The notes under the pieces: model-generated | The model's input: the letters and a program-made list of their open reading frames with translations, nothing else | What the model was told of the DNA's origin: nothing | The model's database searches: none | Made by a program: the position numbers and the translations under genes | Assembly: GCA_964630795.1 (NCBI GenBank) | Contig: CAZVWF010000004.1 | Coordinates: 1,182-65,181, forward strand | DNA: 64,000 nucleotides | Direction of reading: 5' to 3' | From: an uncultured Woeseia sp. | GTDB lineage: Bacteria > Pseudomonadota > Gammaproteobacteria > Steroidobacterales > Woeseiaceae | Part shown: in pieces, positions 1 to 10,126 of the stretch | How positions within the stretch are numbered: the stretch's first letter is position 1 | Layout of the letters: every line of letters starts with the position of its first letter

Positions 1-1
1 G

Positions 2-904
2 CGTGGCGGCACCGGCGCGGTCGCGGAAGCGCTCAGCAAGTCTTTCCAGTCCTACGGCGGTGAGTTGCGTACGGTTTCCGGTGTCGAACAGATCCTGGTT
101 AAGAATGGCAAGACCGCGGGCGTCGCATTGAGTACCGGTGAGGAAATCAATGCACCCATCGTTGTGTCAGCGATGGACGTCAAGAATACGTTCCTGAAGT
201 GCATGGACAAGAATGATCTCGACGAGACTTTCTACAACCGTGTAAAGAACTTCAAGATTCGCGGATCGTCCGGCAAGGTCAATATCGCGCTGGATGGACG
301 GCCGTCCTTTCCGGCCCTGCCGGAAGGCAGCCCACTGCTGGATGGCGACATGCACTTTATTGACTCCATGGAGCGCATGGAGCGCGCCTACGATGACTGG
401 AAAAACGGCACCTGGTCCAAGGACCCGTATATCGACATGGTGATGCCGACGGTCACCGATCCGACCATGGCGCCGCCGGGCAAACACTTCATGAGCTGTT
501 TCGTGCAGTACTGCCCTGCGAAGATCGAAGGGCGCGACTGGACCGAGGAAGAAAAAGAACAGTTTGGCCAGACCGTCATCGACCAGATCGCGCAATACAG
601 CCCGGACTTCAAGGATCTTATCCTGCACATGGAGGTTCGGACGCCGAGCACGATCGAGGAAGAGATCGGTATCACGGAAGGCAACATCTTCCATGGCGAG
701 CTGACGATGGACCAGTTGCTGTTCAATCGCCCGATTCCCGGCTACGCGCAGTACCGTGGTCCGGTTGGCGGGCTCTACATGTGCGGCTCATCCAACCACC
801 CGGGTGGCGGCATTATGGCGGCACCGGGTTGTAACGCAGCCCGCGAAATCCTTACAGATTTGAAGCGTCCGGATATTACGCCGGTCAATTTTGGTGATGA
901 CTGA
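2..904 (+). CDS. FAD-dependent oxidoreductase, phytoene-desaturase (CrtI)/amine-oxidase-like; 5' end cut by window edge
   Basis: The reading frame is open from nt 2 (RGGTGAVAEALSKSFQSYGGEL...) into tracked ORF 65..904. The C-terminal tail MCGSSNHPGGGIMAAPGCNAAREIL is typical of the CrtI fold and is paralogous to the tail of the next gene. Confidence 0.7.
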   Translation, partial: RGGTGAVAEALSKSFQSYGGELRTVSGVEQILVKNGKTAGVALSTGEEINAPIVVSAMDVKNTFLKCMDKNDLDETFYNRVKNFKIRGSSGKVNIALDGRPSFPALPEGSPLLDGDMHFIDSMERMERAYDDWKNGTWSKDPYIDMVMPTVTDPTMAPPGKHFMSCFVQYCPAKIEGRDWTEEEKEQFGQTVIDQIAQYSPDFKDLILHMEVRTPSTIEEEIGITEGNIFHGELTMDQLLFNRPIPGYAQYRGPVGGLYMCGSSNHPGGGIMAAPGCNAAREILTDLKRPDITPVNFGDD

Positions 905-2451
905 TGAGTGAACGATACGATGCCATCGTAATTGGCGCGGGCCACAACGGACTGGTTTGTGCGTCGCTGCTCGGCAAGGCGGGCAAAAAGGTGCTGGTGC
1001 TGGAAGCCAATGACCAGGTTGGTGGTGCAGCTGTTACCCGGGAATTCGCGGAGGGTTATTCTGCCTCGACCTGTGCCCACCTTTTGTACCAGCTGCAGCC
1101 GCAAGTTGAAAAAGACCTCGGGCTCAAGATCCAGCTTGCCGCCGATGATATCGGTACGCTGTCGCTGGGGACCGGCGGCGAACACGTTCGTATCAATGGC
1201 GATACCGTCTCGGGCGTCAGCGAAGACGACGCGACCAGTTACCGCGAGTTCTACAAGCGCATGACGCGTTTCTCCGATCTGCTGCGGACTTATTTCAATC
1301 GCACGCCGGCGCGCCTGGCCAGGGATGCCAGTAAAGCGGACATGCTTAATCTCGCCCAACTCGGCTTCGACGTACGGCGCCTCGGCCGCACTGAAATGCA
1401 GGAGTTCCTGCGCCTGATCGGCATGAACATTCGTGACGAGCTGGTCGAGCGATTCGATAGTGGCTTGTTGCGTGGCGCATTGAGTCTGGATGCCGTGTTG
1501 GGCACGCACCTCGGACCGCGATCACCGAACACGATTCTTACCTACCTGTATCGTCTGGCCGGACAACACGGCAAGTTGAGCCAGCCCGCTGGCGGCATGA
1601 GCGCAGTCACCGACGCGCTGGCACAATCGGCACGTGACAACGGTGCGGTCATTCGTACCGGCTTGGCGGCGAAACGAATAGCCATCGATGCCGGGCAGGT
1701 CAGGGGTGTCGAAACGCACGGTGGCGAGATTTTCGAGAGCAGCATGGTCGTGTCGAATGCCGATCCTGTGTCGACCATGATGTGCCTGGTCGGGGCGAAG
1801 AATCTCGAAACCGGCTTTACGCGGCGGGTCAGTCATATCCGCATGCGAGGTAACGCGGCGAAACTGCATCTTGCACTGGACGGATTGCCGACCATCGATG
1901 GCGTTGATAAGCGCGAGTTTGGCGAGCGATTTGTCATTGCGCCAGATGAGGCCTATGTAGAGCGTGCCTTCAACCATGCGAAGTACGGTGAGACGTCCGG
2001 GAAACCGGCGATCGAAATCAGTTTCCCCACATTCCGTGATACGAGCCTGGCGCCGGCTGGCAAGCAAGTCCTGTCCGCCATCGTCCAGTACGCGCCCTGC
2101 GAGTTGCGTGCGGGCTGGTCCGATGAGACGCGTGACGCATTTCAGCAAGTTGTCATCGATACGATGACTGGCTATATGCCCGACCTGGCCGGGCGGATTA
2201 CAGCGTCCGAGCTGTTGACGCCGGCGGACATCGAGAAACAGTTTCATATCAATGGCGGCCATTGGCACCATGGTGAGTTGGCACTCGACCAGTTCCTCTT
2301 CACGCGCCCTGTCGGCGGTTCGCAGCAGTACAGGATGCCTGTCGACGGGCTTTGGCTGTGCGGTGCCGGCGCCCATCCGGGTGGTGGCGTCAGCGGTGCA
2401 CCGGGTCGCAATGCGGCACGGGCCATCCTCAAGCAGGAGAAATCAGCATGA
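904..2451 (+). CDS. FAD-dependent oxidoreductase, phytoene-desaturase (CrtI)-like
   Basis: N-terminal dinucleotide-binding motif YDAIVIGAGHNGLVCASLLGKAGKKVLVLE. C-terminal LCGAGAHPGGGVSGAPGRNAARAIL. The start overlaps the upstream stop (TGATG). Confidence 0.75.
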   Translation: MSERYDAIVIGAGHNGLVCASLLGKAGKKVLVLEANDQVGGAAVTREFAEGYSASTCAHLLYQLQPQVEKDLGLKIQLAADDIGTLSLGTGGEHVRINGDTVSGVSEDDATSYREFYKRMTRFSDLLRTYFNRTPARLARDASKADMLNLAQLGFDVRRLGRTEMQEFLRLIGMNIRDELVERFDSGLLRGALSLDAVLGTHLGPRSPNTILTYLYRLAGQHGKLSQPAGGMSAVTDALAQSARDNGAVIRTGLAAKRIAIDAGQVRGVETHGGEIFESSMVVSNADPVSTMMCLVGAKNLETGFTRRVSHIRMRGNAAKLHLALDGLPTIDGVDKREFGERFVIAPDEAYVERAFNHAKYGETSGKPAIEISFPTFRDTSLAPAGKQVLSAIVQYAPCELRAGWSDETRDAFQQVVIDTMTGYMPDLAGRITASELLTPADIEKQFHINGGHWHHGELALDQFLFTRPVGGSQQYRMPVDGLWLCGAGAHPGGGVSGAPGRNAARAILKQEKSA

Positions 2452-3641
2452 CGGTAACCGAAGTAGACCTGGGTCGTTACCAGTCGCCGTTCTATCTCCG
2501 GCAGGCGGAAATCGACCGGTTGAATCGCTGGCACGAGTGGAAAGGCTATTCCAGCGCTGACGGGTTTTACGATACGGCCCTCGAGTATTTTGCGACGCGC
2601 AATTCCGCCGGGGTCTTCGACATCACGCCGATGACGAAGTACCGCATCACGGGACCTGATGCGCTCGACTTCCTGGACCGCCTGGTCACGCGCAACATGC
2701 GCAAGATCAAACCGGGTCGGGTTGCCTATGCGGTCTGGTGCGATGATGGCGGACACGTCATCGATGACGGCACTATTTTTCATCTGCAGGAAGGTGAATA
2801 CCGCCTCTGCTCGCAGGAACGGCACATGGCCTGGTTCAAAGCGGCGGCCATCGGCATGGACGTGACGATTGTCGACGAGACCGAGGAAATCTGCGGCCTG
2901 GCCTTACAGGGGCCAACGTCGTTCAGTATCCTGAACGAACTGGGACTGCCGGGTATCGATCAGCTGCGCCCGTTCGGTCTTGCAAACTATGATTTCAATG
3001 GCACGGATATCATGGTGTCGCGCACCGGCTTCACCGGTGACCTGGGTTATGAGCTCTGGACCACGAACGACAGGGCGATTGAGTTGTGGGACGCCCTGTT
3101 CGAGGCAGGCAAGCACTTCGGCATCATGGCGATGGGTACAGAGGCACTGGAACACGCGCGCATCGAGGCGGGATTCCTTGCGCCGTTCGAAGAGTTCCTG
3201 CCCGCGCATACGACGGTACGGTCGGGTCGTGCACGGTCGCCGCTCGAACTGGGCCTCGAATGGCTCGTCGATTTCTCCAAGCCCTGTTTCAACGGTCGCC
3301 GGGCGCTGCTCGAGGAGAAGAAAAACGGGTCGACCTGGCGTCTTGTCAAGCTCGACATCGAAGGCAACAAGGAAGCGCACCAGGCATTCATCTTTCCGAA
3401 GCAAAACGGTGGCAAGGAATGCGGCTTCGTGACCTCGGCAATGTGGTCGCCGGTCTGCAAGCAAAACATCGCACTCGGCACTGTCCGCACGCCGCACGGA
3501 AATGTCGGCGACAAACTCTGGGTGGAGATCTACTACCAGCGTGAGATGCACTGGTCGCGTGTGATGGCCGAAGCGACGGTCGTCGATAAGCCGTTCTGGG
3601 ATCCACCGCGCAAGCGGTCTACGCCGCCGGAGCCGTATTAA
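2448..3641 (+). CDS. aminomethyltransferase (GcvT) family protein, probably folate-dependent
   Basis: ATG 2448 follows AGGAGA (2435-2440) and overlaps the upstream stop (ATGA). GcvT-fold segments include VFDITPMTKYRITGPDALDFL and VSRTGFTGDLGYELW. The tracked start at 2352 is judged an upstream extension. Confidence 0.75.
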   Translation: MTVTEVDLGRYQSPFYLRQAEIDRLNRWHEWKGYSSADGFYDTALEYFATRNSAGVFDITPMTKYRITGPDALDFLDRLVTRNMRKIKPGRVAYAVWCDDGGHVIDDGTIFHLQEGEYRLCSQERHMAWFKAAAIGMDVTIVDETEEICGLALQGPTSFSILNELGLPGIDQLRPFGLANYDFNGTDIMVSRTGFTGDLGYELWTTNDRAIELWDALFEAGKHFGIMAMGTEALEHARIEAGFLAPFEEFLPAHTTVRSGRARSPLELGLEWLVDFSKPCFNGRRALLEEKKNGSTWRLVKLDIEGNKEAHQAFIFPKQNGGKECGFVTSAMWSPVCKQNIALGTVRTPHGNVGDKLWVEIYYQREMHWSRVMAEATVVDKPFWDPPRKRSTPPEPY

Positions 3642-3656
3642 GGCGCGGCATTCGCT

Positions 3657-5756
3657 GTGTCGCATCGGCTTGAACCGCTACTTCGGCCGCGTTCCGTCGC
3701 GGTCATTGGCGCGTCCCGACGGGCCGATACGATGGGCGACTGGGCCTTGCGCAATCTCGAGCGTGGGGGCTTCGAAGGCAAAATCTATCCGGTGAATCCT
3801 GGCTACGACGACGTGCGCGGCCGACCCTGCTTTGCATCGATTACCGAGTTACCGGAGACGCCCGATCTCGCCATTTTTGCGGTCGGCGACCACCGTCTCG
3901 AAGCATCAGTCGATGAGGCGATTGCGACAGGCATTCCCGCGGCCGTGATTCATTCGTCCCTCTACCTGGACGATGATAATGACCCGCCCCTGAGGGAACG
4001 CCTGCGTGTGAAATTCGCCGCTGCCGGCACGCTGGTCTGCGGCGGCAACGGCATGGGCTTCTACAACATTCGCGACAAAGTCTGGGGCTGCGGCTTTGAC
4101 AGCCGCAAACATCCACCGGATGGTAATGTGGCCCTGATCAGCCAGTCAGGCTGCGGGATGTCCGGCATCATCGATATGGAATCGCGATTGCGGGCAAATC
4201 TCGCGGTGTCCACGGGTAACGAGTTATCCGTGACGATGGACGAGTACATCGATTTCGCCCTCGACCTGCCGGAGACGCGTGTCATCGGTCTGTTCATCGA
4301 AACGGCAAGAAACCCTGACGGTTTTCGGGCCGCGCTCCGGAAAGCCGCTGCGAGGAAAGTCCCCACCGTCGCTATCAAGGTTGGCAAAACGCGAAAATCG
4401 GCCGAATTGGCAATCTCGCATTCGGGCACGATGGCAGGCGACGATGCGACTTACGAAGCGCTTTTTGATCGTTATGGTGTGCTTCGCGTCGATGATCAGG
4501 ACGAAATGGCCTCGACAATGATCCTGTTTGCCGAGATGAACCCGATCGGTCCCGGCGCCCTTGTCAGCATGCATGACTCCGGTGGCGAACAGCAGTTAAC
4601 CGTCGACCTCGCGGAACAAGCGGGCGTTCCCATGGCCGAATTGTCTGCGGAAACTGTCGCCAGGCTGGAAGCTGTCCTGGACCCCGAGTTACCCGCGGTG
4701 AATCCACTCGATGTGTGGAGTCGCGGCGGGGATGATTGGGCGGAGAGGATGACGCAGATGCTGACCATCCTGATGCAGGATGAGGGTGCCGCGCTGGGCG
4801 CGCTTATCCACGATCGTGGCCCGGACGGCCGTCTCTATCCCCAGTACGACGGGTATATGCGCTCGGCGCGCGAAGCCAGCGGAAAACCGGTCGCGTTGGT
4901 CGGTTCACGCCAGGGCCCGGTTGGCGATCCGCTGACCGTCGAACTGACCCGGGATGGTATGCCCGTCCTCGATGGTGTCCTGACGTTCCTGAAGGGTGTG
5001 CGCGGCCTGATGGACTACCGCGACTTCCAGGCATTGCCGCCGATGGTGATCCCGGAAGGACCGGACGACACTGCTGAACGCTGGCGCGAGCGTCTCATGA
5101 CTGCCGGTTCCATCGGCGAGGCCGAGGCCCTGCAAATGCTTCAGGACTTTGGCGTAACCGCCTCCGATGCAGTGGCGGCGTGCTCAAAGGACGAGGTCTT
5201 GTCGGCGGCGATCCACCTCGGCTACCCCCTGGTGCTGAAAACGGCAGCGTCCGATATCGCTCACAAGACTGAAGCGCAAGGCGTCGTTCTCAATATCGCC
5301 GATGAGGCCGCATTGAGCGAGGCCTACGGGGCGATGACGGAGCGACTGGGGCCTGCAGTCACGATCGCACCGATGGCGGACGCCGGCGTCGAAATGATCC
5401 TGGGTGCACGCCAGGATCCGCAGTTCGGACCCGTCGTGGTCATCGGCATGGGTGGGGTGCTGGCCGAGACGGTGCACGATGTGCAGTTTGCCCTGCCACC
5501 GTTCGATGCGGCCTGGGCGCGGCGCCTCATGGATCGGCTAAGATTCAGGGGTGTGCTGGACGGCGTTCGCGGCGCACCTGCGGCCGATATTGGCGGATTC
5601 TGCGAAATGGCAGCGCGATTTTCCGTCATGGTCGACGCGCTGGGCAGTGCGCTCACCGAGATCGATCTGAACCCTGTTATCGTTGCGCCGAGTCAGAGTA
5701 TCGCCGTCGACGCGCTGGTCGTTGGACATAAACGAGAAGGAACAAGTAATGAGTAG
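3657..5756 (+). CDS. NDP(ADP)-forming acyl-CoA synthetase family protein (CoA-binding plus ATP-grasp)
   Basis: GTG start. N-terminal CoA-binding fold (PRSVAVIGASRR...GKIYPVNP) and a C-terminal ATP-grasp region. The 699-aa architecture matches acetate--CoA ligase (ADP-forming)-type enzymes. Confidence 0.75.
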   Translation: MSHRLEPLLRPRSVAVIGASRRADTMGDWALRNLERGGFEGKIYPVNPGYDDVRGRPCFASITELPETPDLAIFAVGDHRLEASVDEAIATGIPAAVIHSSLYLDDDNDPPLRERLRVKFAAAGTLVCGGNGMGFYNIRDKVWGCGFDSRKHPPDGNVALISQSGCGMSGIIDMESRLRANLAVSTGNELSVTMDEYIDFALDLPETRVIGLFIETARNPDGFRAALRKAAARKVPTVAIKVGKTRKSAELAISHSGTMAGDDATYEALFDRYGVLRVDDQDEMASTMILFAEMNPIGPGALVSMHDSGGEQQLTVDLAEQAGVPMAELSAETVARLEAVLDPELPAVNPLDVWSRGGDDWAERMTQMLTILMQDEGAALGALIHDRGPDGRLYPQYDGYMRSAREASGKPVALVGSRQGPVGDPLTVELTRDGMPVLDGVLTFLKGVRGLMDYRDFQALPPMVIPEGPDDTAERWRERLMTAGSIGEAEALQMLQDFGVTASDAVAACSKDEVLSAAIHLGYPLVLKTAASDIAHKTEAQGVVLNIADEAALSEAYGAMTERLGPAVTIAPMADAGVEMILGARQDPQFGPVVVIGMGGVLAETVHDVQFALPPFDAAWARRLMDRLRFRGVLDGVRGAPAADIGGFCEMAARFSVMVDALGSALTEIDLNPVIVAPSQSIAVDALVVGHKREGTSNE

Positions 5757-7266
5757 CGAAGCGTTATCCGACTACACACACGATCAATGGCAGGACGTTG
5801 CAGCACGCGCGCTCAAGTCCGTTGAGACGCGACTGTTTATCGATGGGGACTATCGTGACTCAAAAAGCGGTGGTCGATTCGACACGATCAACCCGGCGAA
5901 TCGCGAGGTGCTTGCGTCAGTCGTTTCTGCCGATGAGTCCGACGTGGATGCGGCCGTTCAAACCGCGCGCAGCGCATTTCGAAGCGGGAGCTGGTCGCGC
6001 ATGGCGCCCCGTGACCGGATGGCCGTGCTTTACCGCTATGCGCAGTTGATCGATGAGCATGCCGGGCAGTTCGCGGTCCTGGATACGCTGGATATGGGCA
6101 AGCCGATCAGCGACATGCTGGCGGTCGACGTTCCCGCGTCGGTCGAGACGATTCAGTTCATGGCGGAATACATCGACAAGATGGAGGGCAGTGTCACGAA
6201 CACCGAGAGCGACGTCATGCACATGGTTTTGCGTGAACCGATCGGTGTGGTCGGCGCAATATCACCCTGGAATTACCCGTTGCTCATGGCGGCCTGGAAG
6301 ATCGCACCGGCGCTGGCGGCCGGTAACGCCGTCATTCTGAAGCCCGCCGAGCAGGCGCCGCTGTCCTGTCTCAAGCTTGCCGAGTTGTTCGTTGAGGCGG
6401 GCGGTCCGCCCGGAATCTTCAATGTCGTGAATGGTGTCGGCGAGGTCACCGGCAAGGCACTCGCACTGCACAATGACGTCGACAAGGTGACGTTCACAGG
6501 CTCCACCGAGGTTGGCAAGCTCATGCTGCAGTACGCCGGCCAGTCAAACATGAAACGTGTGTCACTCGAGTGTGGTGGCAAGTCTCCACAGGTCTTCATG
6601 GCGGATGTTGGCGACATGGATCGCGCTGTTTCGGCAGCCTATCACGGCATCTACGCAAACATGGGTGAAGTCTGCAACGCCGGTTCCCGCGTGCTGGTGG
6701 AGCGACCCATCTATGATGAATTCATCGATCGCTTTATCGCGGACGGCAAGGACGCTTACGTGCCAGGCGATCCCCTGGACCCGCAAACCAGCCTGGGGCC
6801 GCTGGTTACCGATGAGGCACAGAACCGGGTACTCTCCTATATCGACATCGGCAAGCAAGAGGGTGCACAGCTAAAGTTTGGCGGCGATGCGCCCGATATC
6901 AACGGTGCCTATGTCAATCCGACGCTCTTCACCGACGTGAACAACGACATGCGAATCGCACGTGAGGAGATATTCGGCCCGGTAGCTTCCATCCTGCCGT
7001 TCGACGGTATCGAGGAGGGCATCTCCATCGCGAACGATACGATCTACGGTCTTGCCGCCGGCGTCTGGACCAGCGACCTTAACAAGGCGCACAAACTGAT
7101 CAAGGAGATCGAAGCCGGTGTGATCTGGGTGAACTCTTTCGATGAGGGTGACATGACGCAGCCTTTCGGTGGCTATAAACAGTCGGGCAATGCGCGCGAC
7201 AAGTGCGTCGACAGCCTGATCAGCTACACACAGCAGAAGTCTGCCTGGCTTCGGCTGTCAGAATGA
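5749..7266 (+). CDS. NAD(P)-dependent aldehyde dehydrogenase
   Basis: ALDH motifs VTFTGSTEVGK and the catalytic-Cys segment LECGGKSP. ATG 5749 follows AAGGA and overlaps the upstream stop. The tracked start at 5683 is judged an extension. Confidence 0.85.
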   Translation: MSSEALSDYTHDQWQDVAARALKSVETRLFIDGDYRDSKSGGRFDTINPANREVLASVVSADESDVDAAVQTARSAFRSGSWSRMAPRDRMAVLYRYAQLIDEHAGQFAVLDTLDMGKPISDMLAVDVPASVETIQFMAEYIDKMEGSVTNTESDVMHMVLREPIGVVGAISPWNYPLLMAAWKIAPALAAGNAVILKPAEQAPLSCLKLAELFVEAGGPPGIFNVVNGVGEVTGKALALHNDVDKVTFTGSTEVGKLMLQYAGQSNMKRVSLECGGKSPQVFMADVGDMDRAVSAAYHGIYANMGEVCNAGSRVLVERPIYDEFIDRFIADGKDAYVPGDPLDPQTSLGPLVTDEAQNRVLSYIDIGKQEGAQLKFGGDAPDINGAYVNPTLFTDVNNDMRIAREEIFGPVASILPFDGIEEGISIANDTIYGLAAGVWTSDLNKAHKLIKEIEAGVIWVNSFDEGDMTQPFGGYKQSGNARDKCVDSLISYTQQKSAWLRLSE

Positions 7267-8081
7267 GTTTCGTCGAATACCGGCAGGAGGGCGGCGTCGC
7301 CCGTCTGACCCTTGCGCGGGCGGACAAGCTGAATGCAATCAATCGTGAGATGCTCAATGAGATCGGCGGGCATCTCGATCGTGCCGAAGGTGACGAGGAC
7401 GTGCGCGTAGTCGTTCTGCACGGCGAGGGCCGGGCGTTCTCCGCCGGCTACGATCTCGACTTCGAAGACACGGGCGAGGGCGACAAGGAGGCACGTCTGC
7501 GCGCGGAACTCGAGCAGGACTTCGATGCCGTTATGCGCTTCTGGGACTTCCCGAAGCCGGTCATCTGTGCCGTGCATGGGTTTTGCCTCGGCTATGCGAT
7601 GGAGATTGCCGCAGCCTGTGATGTGACAATCGCCGCCGAGGGATGTCGTTTCGGTGCGCCGGAAGCTCGATTTGGCAGCGGTATCATCTGCATGCTCCTG
7701 CCGTGGATCATCGGGCAGAAACATGCCCGGGAGTTGCTACTGGTCGGCAGTGACAGAGTGGACGCAACGCACGCCGCTTCGATCGGTCTCGCCAATCGTG
7801 TGGTAGCGCCGGAGACGCTGCTCGACGAGGCGATGGCAACGGCGAGGGAAATCGCGCTCAATGACCCGGTGTCGGTGCGCTTGACCAAGCAGGCCTTGAA
7901 CCTGGGTCTTGAAAGCGCAGGGCTTCGCACGGCGCTGGCGCAGGCACTGGATTTGCTCGTCGAGATTGAAATGACGGAGACGCCGGAGTCCATGGAGTTC
8001 AATCGTATTCTCGAGGAAGACGGGCCGAAGGCGGCCATCGCGTGGCGCGCGGCACGTTTACCGAAAGGTACGGAGAATTGA
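7263..8081 (+). CDS. enoyl-CoA hydratase/isomerase (crotonase) family protein
   Basis: Crotonase fold (VARLTLARADKLNAIN..., VVVLHGEGRAFSAGYDL). ATGA overlap with the ALDH stop. Confidence 0.8.
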   Translation: MSFVEYRQEGGVARLTLARADKLNAINREMLNEIGGHLDRAEGDEDVRVVVLHGEGRAFSAGYDLDFEDTGEGDKEARLRAELEQDFDAVMRFWDFPKPVICAVHGFCLGYAMEIAAACDVTIAAEGCRFGAPEARFGSGIICMLLPWIIGQKHARELLLVGSDRVDATHAASIGLANRVVAPETLLDEAMATAREIALNDPVSVRLTKQALNLGLESAGLRTALAQALDLLVEIEMTETPESMEFNRILEEDGPKAAIAWRAARLPKGTEN

Positions 8082-8085
8082 TGCA

Positions 8086-9120
8086 ATGAAAACAGTCTAC
8101 AGCGATGTACACAACGGCCACAGCGGGCTGCTGGATCCTCGTGGAGTCGAGTGGCGGGAAAGTGCGGAGTGCCCGGCACGGGCAAACAACGTCGAGGCCG
8201 CCATCCGGGGCGCAGGCGCGTCGGAGATCATCGCGCCGGACGAGTTTCCCGAGGAAAAATACCTGCGCCTGCACGCACCGGACTATCTCGAGTTCCTCAA
8301 AACGGTCTGGCAGGAGTGGGAGGCCTCCGACGAGGTTGGCGAAAACGCCCGCCCGGATACTTTCGTCGGTGCCGGCATGCGACACAACGCAGACACGACC
8401 TGCGTCGTCGGCAAGCTCGGTCGTTACTCGTTTGATGCAACCTCGCCTTTTGTCGAGGGCAGCTGGGATGCGATCAGGACATCGGCGAATATCGCGCTGA
8501 CCGGTGCCGAGATTATCAAGGGGAGTGATCGTTTCGCCTTCGCGGCCTGCCGCCCGCCGGGGCATCATGCGACGGAAACCTACTGTGGTGGATACTGCTA
8601 CCTGAACAATAATTCGCTGGCCGCCCAGTCCTTGCTCGATAGCGGGGCCTCCCGCGTGGCGATTCTCGATGTCGACTACCACCACGGCAACGGCACACAA
8701 AGCCTCTTTTATGCCCGGAACGATGTGCTGACAATTTCGCTGCATGCAGACCCTGCCGTCGAGTACCCGTACTTTCTCGGCTATGCCGATGAACCCGGCG
8801 AAGGGCCGGGGCACGGCTTCAACGTCAATTTCCCGTTACCTTTCGGCACGGGCTGGGACACCTACGCACCGGCCCTTGAGGATGCGATCGCGCAAGTCGG
8901 GCGATTCTCACCTGACGCACTCGTCGTCGCGCTGGGGCTGGATACCTTCGCCGGCGATCCTACGACCTATTTCAACATTGCGACAGAAGAGTTTGCCCGT
9001 ATGGGTGAGGCGATAGGCGCCCTGGGTCTCAAAACGCTTGTCGTGCTGGAGGGCGGCTACTCTGTCGAATGGATCGGTGAAAATACCGTGCAGTTTCTGA
9101 ATGGCCTCGAGTCATCCTGA
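8086..9120 (+). CDS. histone-deacetylase-family amidohydrolase (acetylpolyamine/acetoin-utilisation type)
   Basis: Arginase/deacetylase-fold motifs RPPGHHA, DVDYHHGNGTQ, GLDTFAGDP and LEGGY. Confidence 0.85.
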   Translation: MKTVYSDVHNGHSGLLDPRGVEWRESAECPARANNVEAAIRGAGASEIIAPDEFPEEKYLRLHAPDYLEFLKTVWQEWEASDEVGENARPDTFVGAGMRHNADTTCVVGKLGRYSFDATSPFVEGSWDAIRTSANIALTGAEIIKGSDRFAFAACRPPGHHATETYCGGYCYLNNNSLAAQSLLDSGASRVAILDVDYHHGNGTQSLFYARNDVLTISLHADPAVEYPYFLGYADEPGEGPGHGFNVNFPLPFGTGWDTYAPALEDAIAQVGRFSPDALVVALGLDTFAGDPTTYFNIATEEFARMGEAIGALGLKTLVVLEGGYSVEWIGENTVQFLNGLESS

Positions 9121-9190
9121 TGAGATCGCAAGTCAGCACTTGTGAAAAACCTGCTTGTATTTTTGGCCAGCGCACGGTGCAATTGAGCAC

Positions 9191-10120
9191 ATGAAAGCTC
9201 TGCTGTTCGCCACGATTACTGGCTTGCTGTTTGCGATCAATGCGGTCGCGGATGACAGTTCACGCGTCGTCGTGGACTCGGCCGAACGTCGTCCGGCCTG
9301 GCTCCTCGAGGTACCCGACAGCGTTACCGATATTCTGATCGCCGAAACGAATTCGGCGACGATGCATCGATTCGCGCGCGCCGGCGAGGATATTGTCGAG
9401 ATCGACCAGCGTTACATGTCGATTGGACTCAACGGGCCCGGTAAGGAAAAAGCCTGGGACCGTCGCACGCCGCTCGGCGTTTATTTCATTACGGAAAGCC
9501 TCGATACGAGCAAGCTGCACGACAAGTATGGCGTTGCCGCGTTTCCACTGGACTACCCGAATGCCTGGGACCGATTCAACGAGCGGACAGGCTACGGAAT
9601 CTGGCTGCACGGCGTCGACCACAATAATCCCGACCGGCCGCCACTGGACACTGATGGCTGCCTGGCGTTGCCGAACGAAGAAATCCTGAAACTGGTCGGT
9701 CGCCTTGAACCGCTGGTCACGCCGGTCATCGTGGCCCGCGAGATGCGGTGGGCGCCGGCAGCCCAGGTTGATGCCTTGCGCCTCGAATTCCGGCTGGCCC
9801 TGGATCAGTGGCGGGACAGTCTTGCCCGCGGTGATGTCCTGGATTACCTGTCACGGTATGCGGACGATTTCCGCTACCGGGACATGGAAAGAAGTGAATG
9901 GGCCGCATATCGCATGAACGTATTCGAGGCGCGGCACCTGGCGTCCGTTGCACTCGAAGACGTCATGCTGGTCGGCGATCCTGAAGTGCCCGGCCTTTAC
10001 CTCAGTCGATTCACCCAGGTGCTCGCGACCAGTGACGGCCCGGTGCGCACGACCAAGCGTCTCTACTGGCGCCGCACGGAAGGTAAGCGCTGGCAGATCG
10101 TTTCGGAAGATTCGGGTTAG
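9191..10120 (+). CDS. L,D-transpeptidase (YkuD) family protein with C-terminal NTF2-like domain
   Basis: Signal peptide MKALLFATITGLLFAINAVA. YkuD catalytic segment GIWLHGVDHNNPDRPPLDTDGCLALP. The start is chosen at the signal-peptide Met rather than tracked 9155. Confidence 0.7.
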   Translation: MKALLFATITGLLFAINAVADDSSRVVVDSAERRPAWLLEVPDSVTDILIAETNSATMHRFARAGEDIVEIDQRYMSIGLNGPGKEKAWDRRTPLGVYFITESLDTSKLHDKYGVAAFPLDYPNAWDRFNERTGYGIWLHGVDHNNPDRPPLDTDGCLALPNEEILKLVGRLEPLVTPVIVAREMRWAPAAQVDALRLEFRLALDQWRDSLARGDVLDYLSRYADDFRYRDMERSEWAAYRMNVFEARHLASVALEDVMLVGDPEVPGLYLSRFTQVLATSDGPVRTTKRLYWRRTEGKRWQIVSEDSG

Positions 10121-10126
10121 CGGTTT

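Noticed and set aside
2448-3641. The possibility that the GcvT-like protein is the DMSP demethylase DmdA, given the nearby CoA-ligase and crotonase genes that are reminiscent of dmdBCD.
   Set aside because: I could not see specific similarity to the DmdA sequence as I remember it. There is no acyl-CoA dehydrogenase (dmdC) in the operon. The CoA ligase is the NDP-forming type, not the AMP-forming DmdB type.
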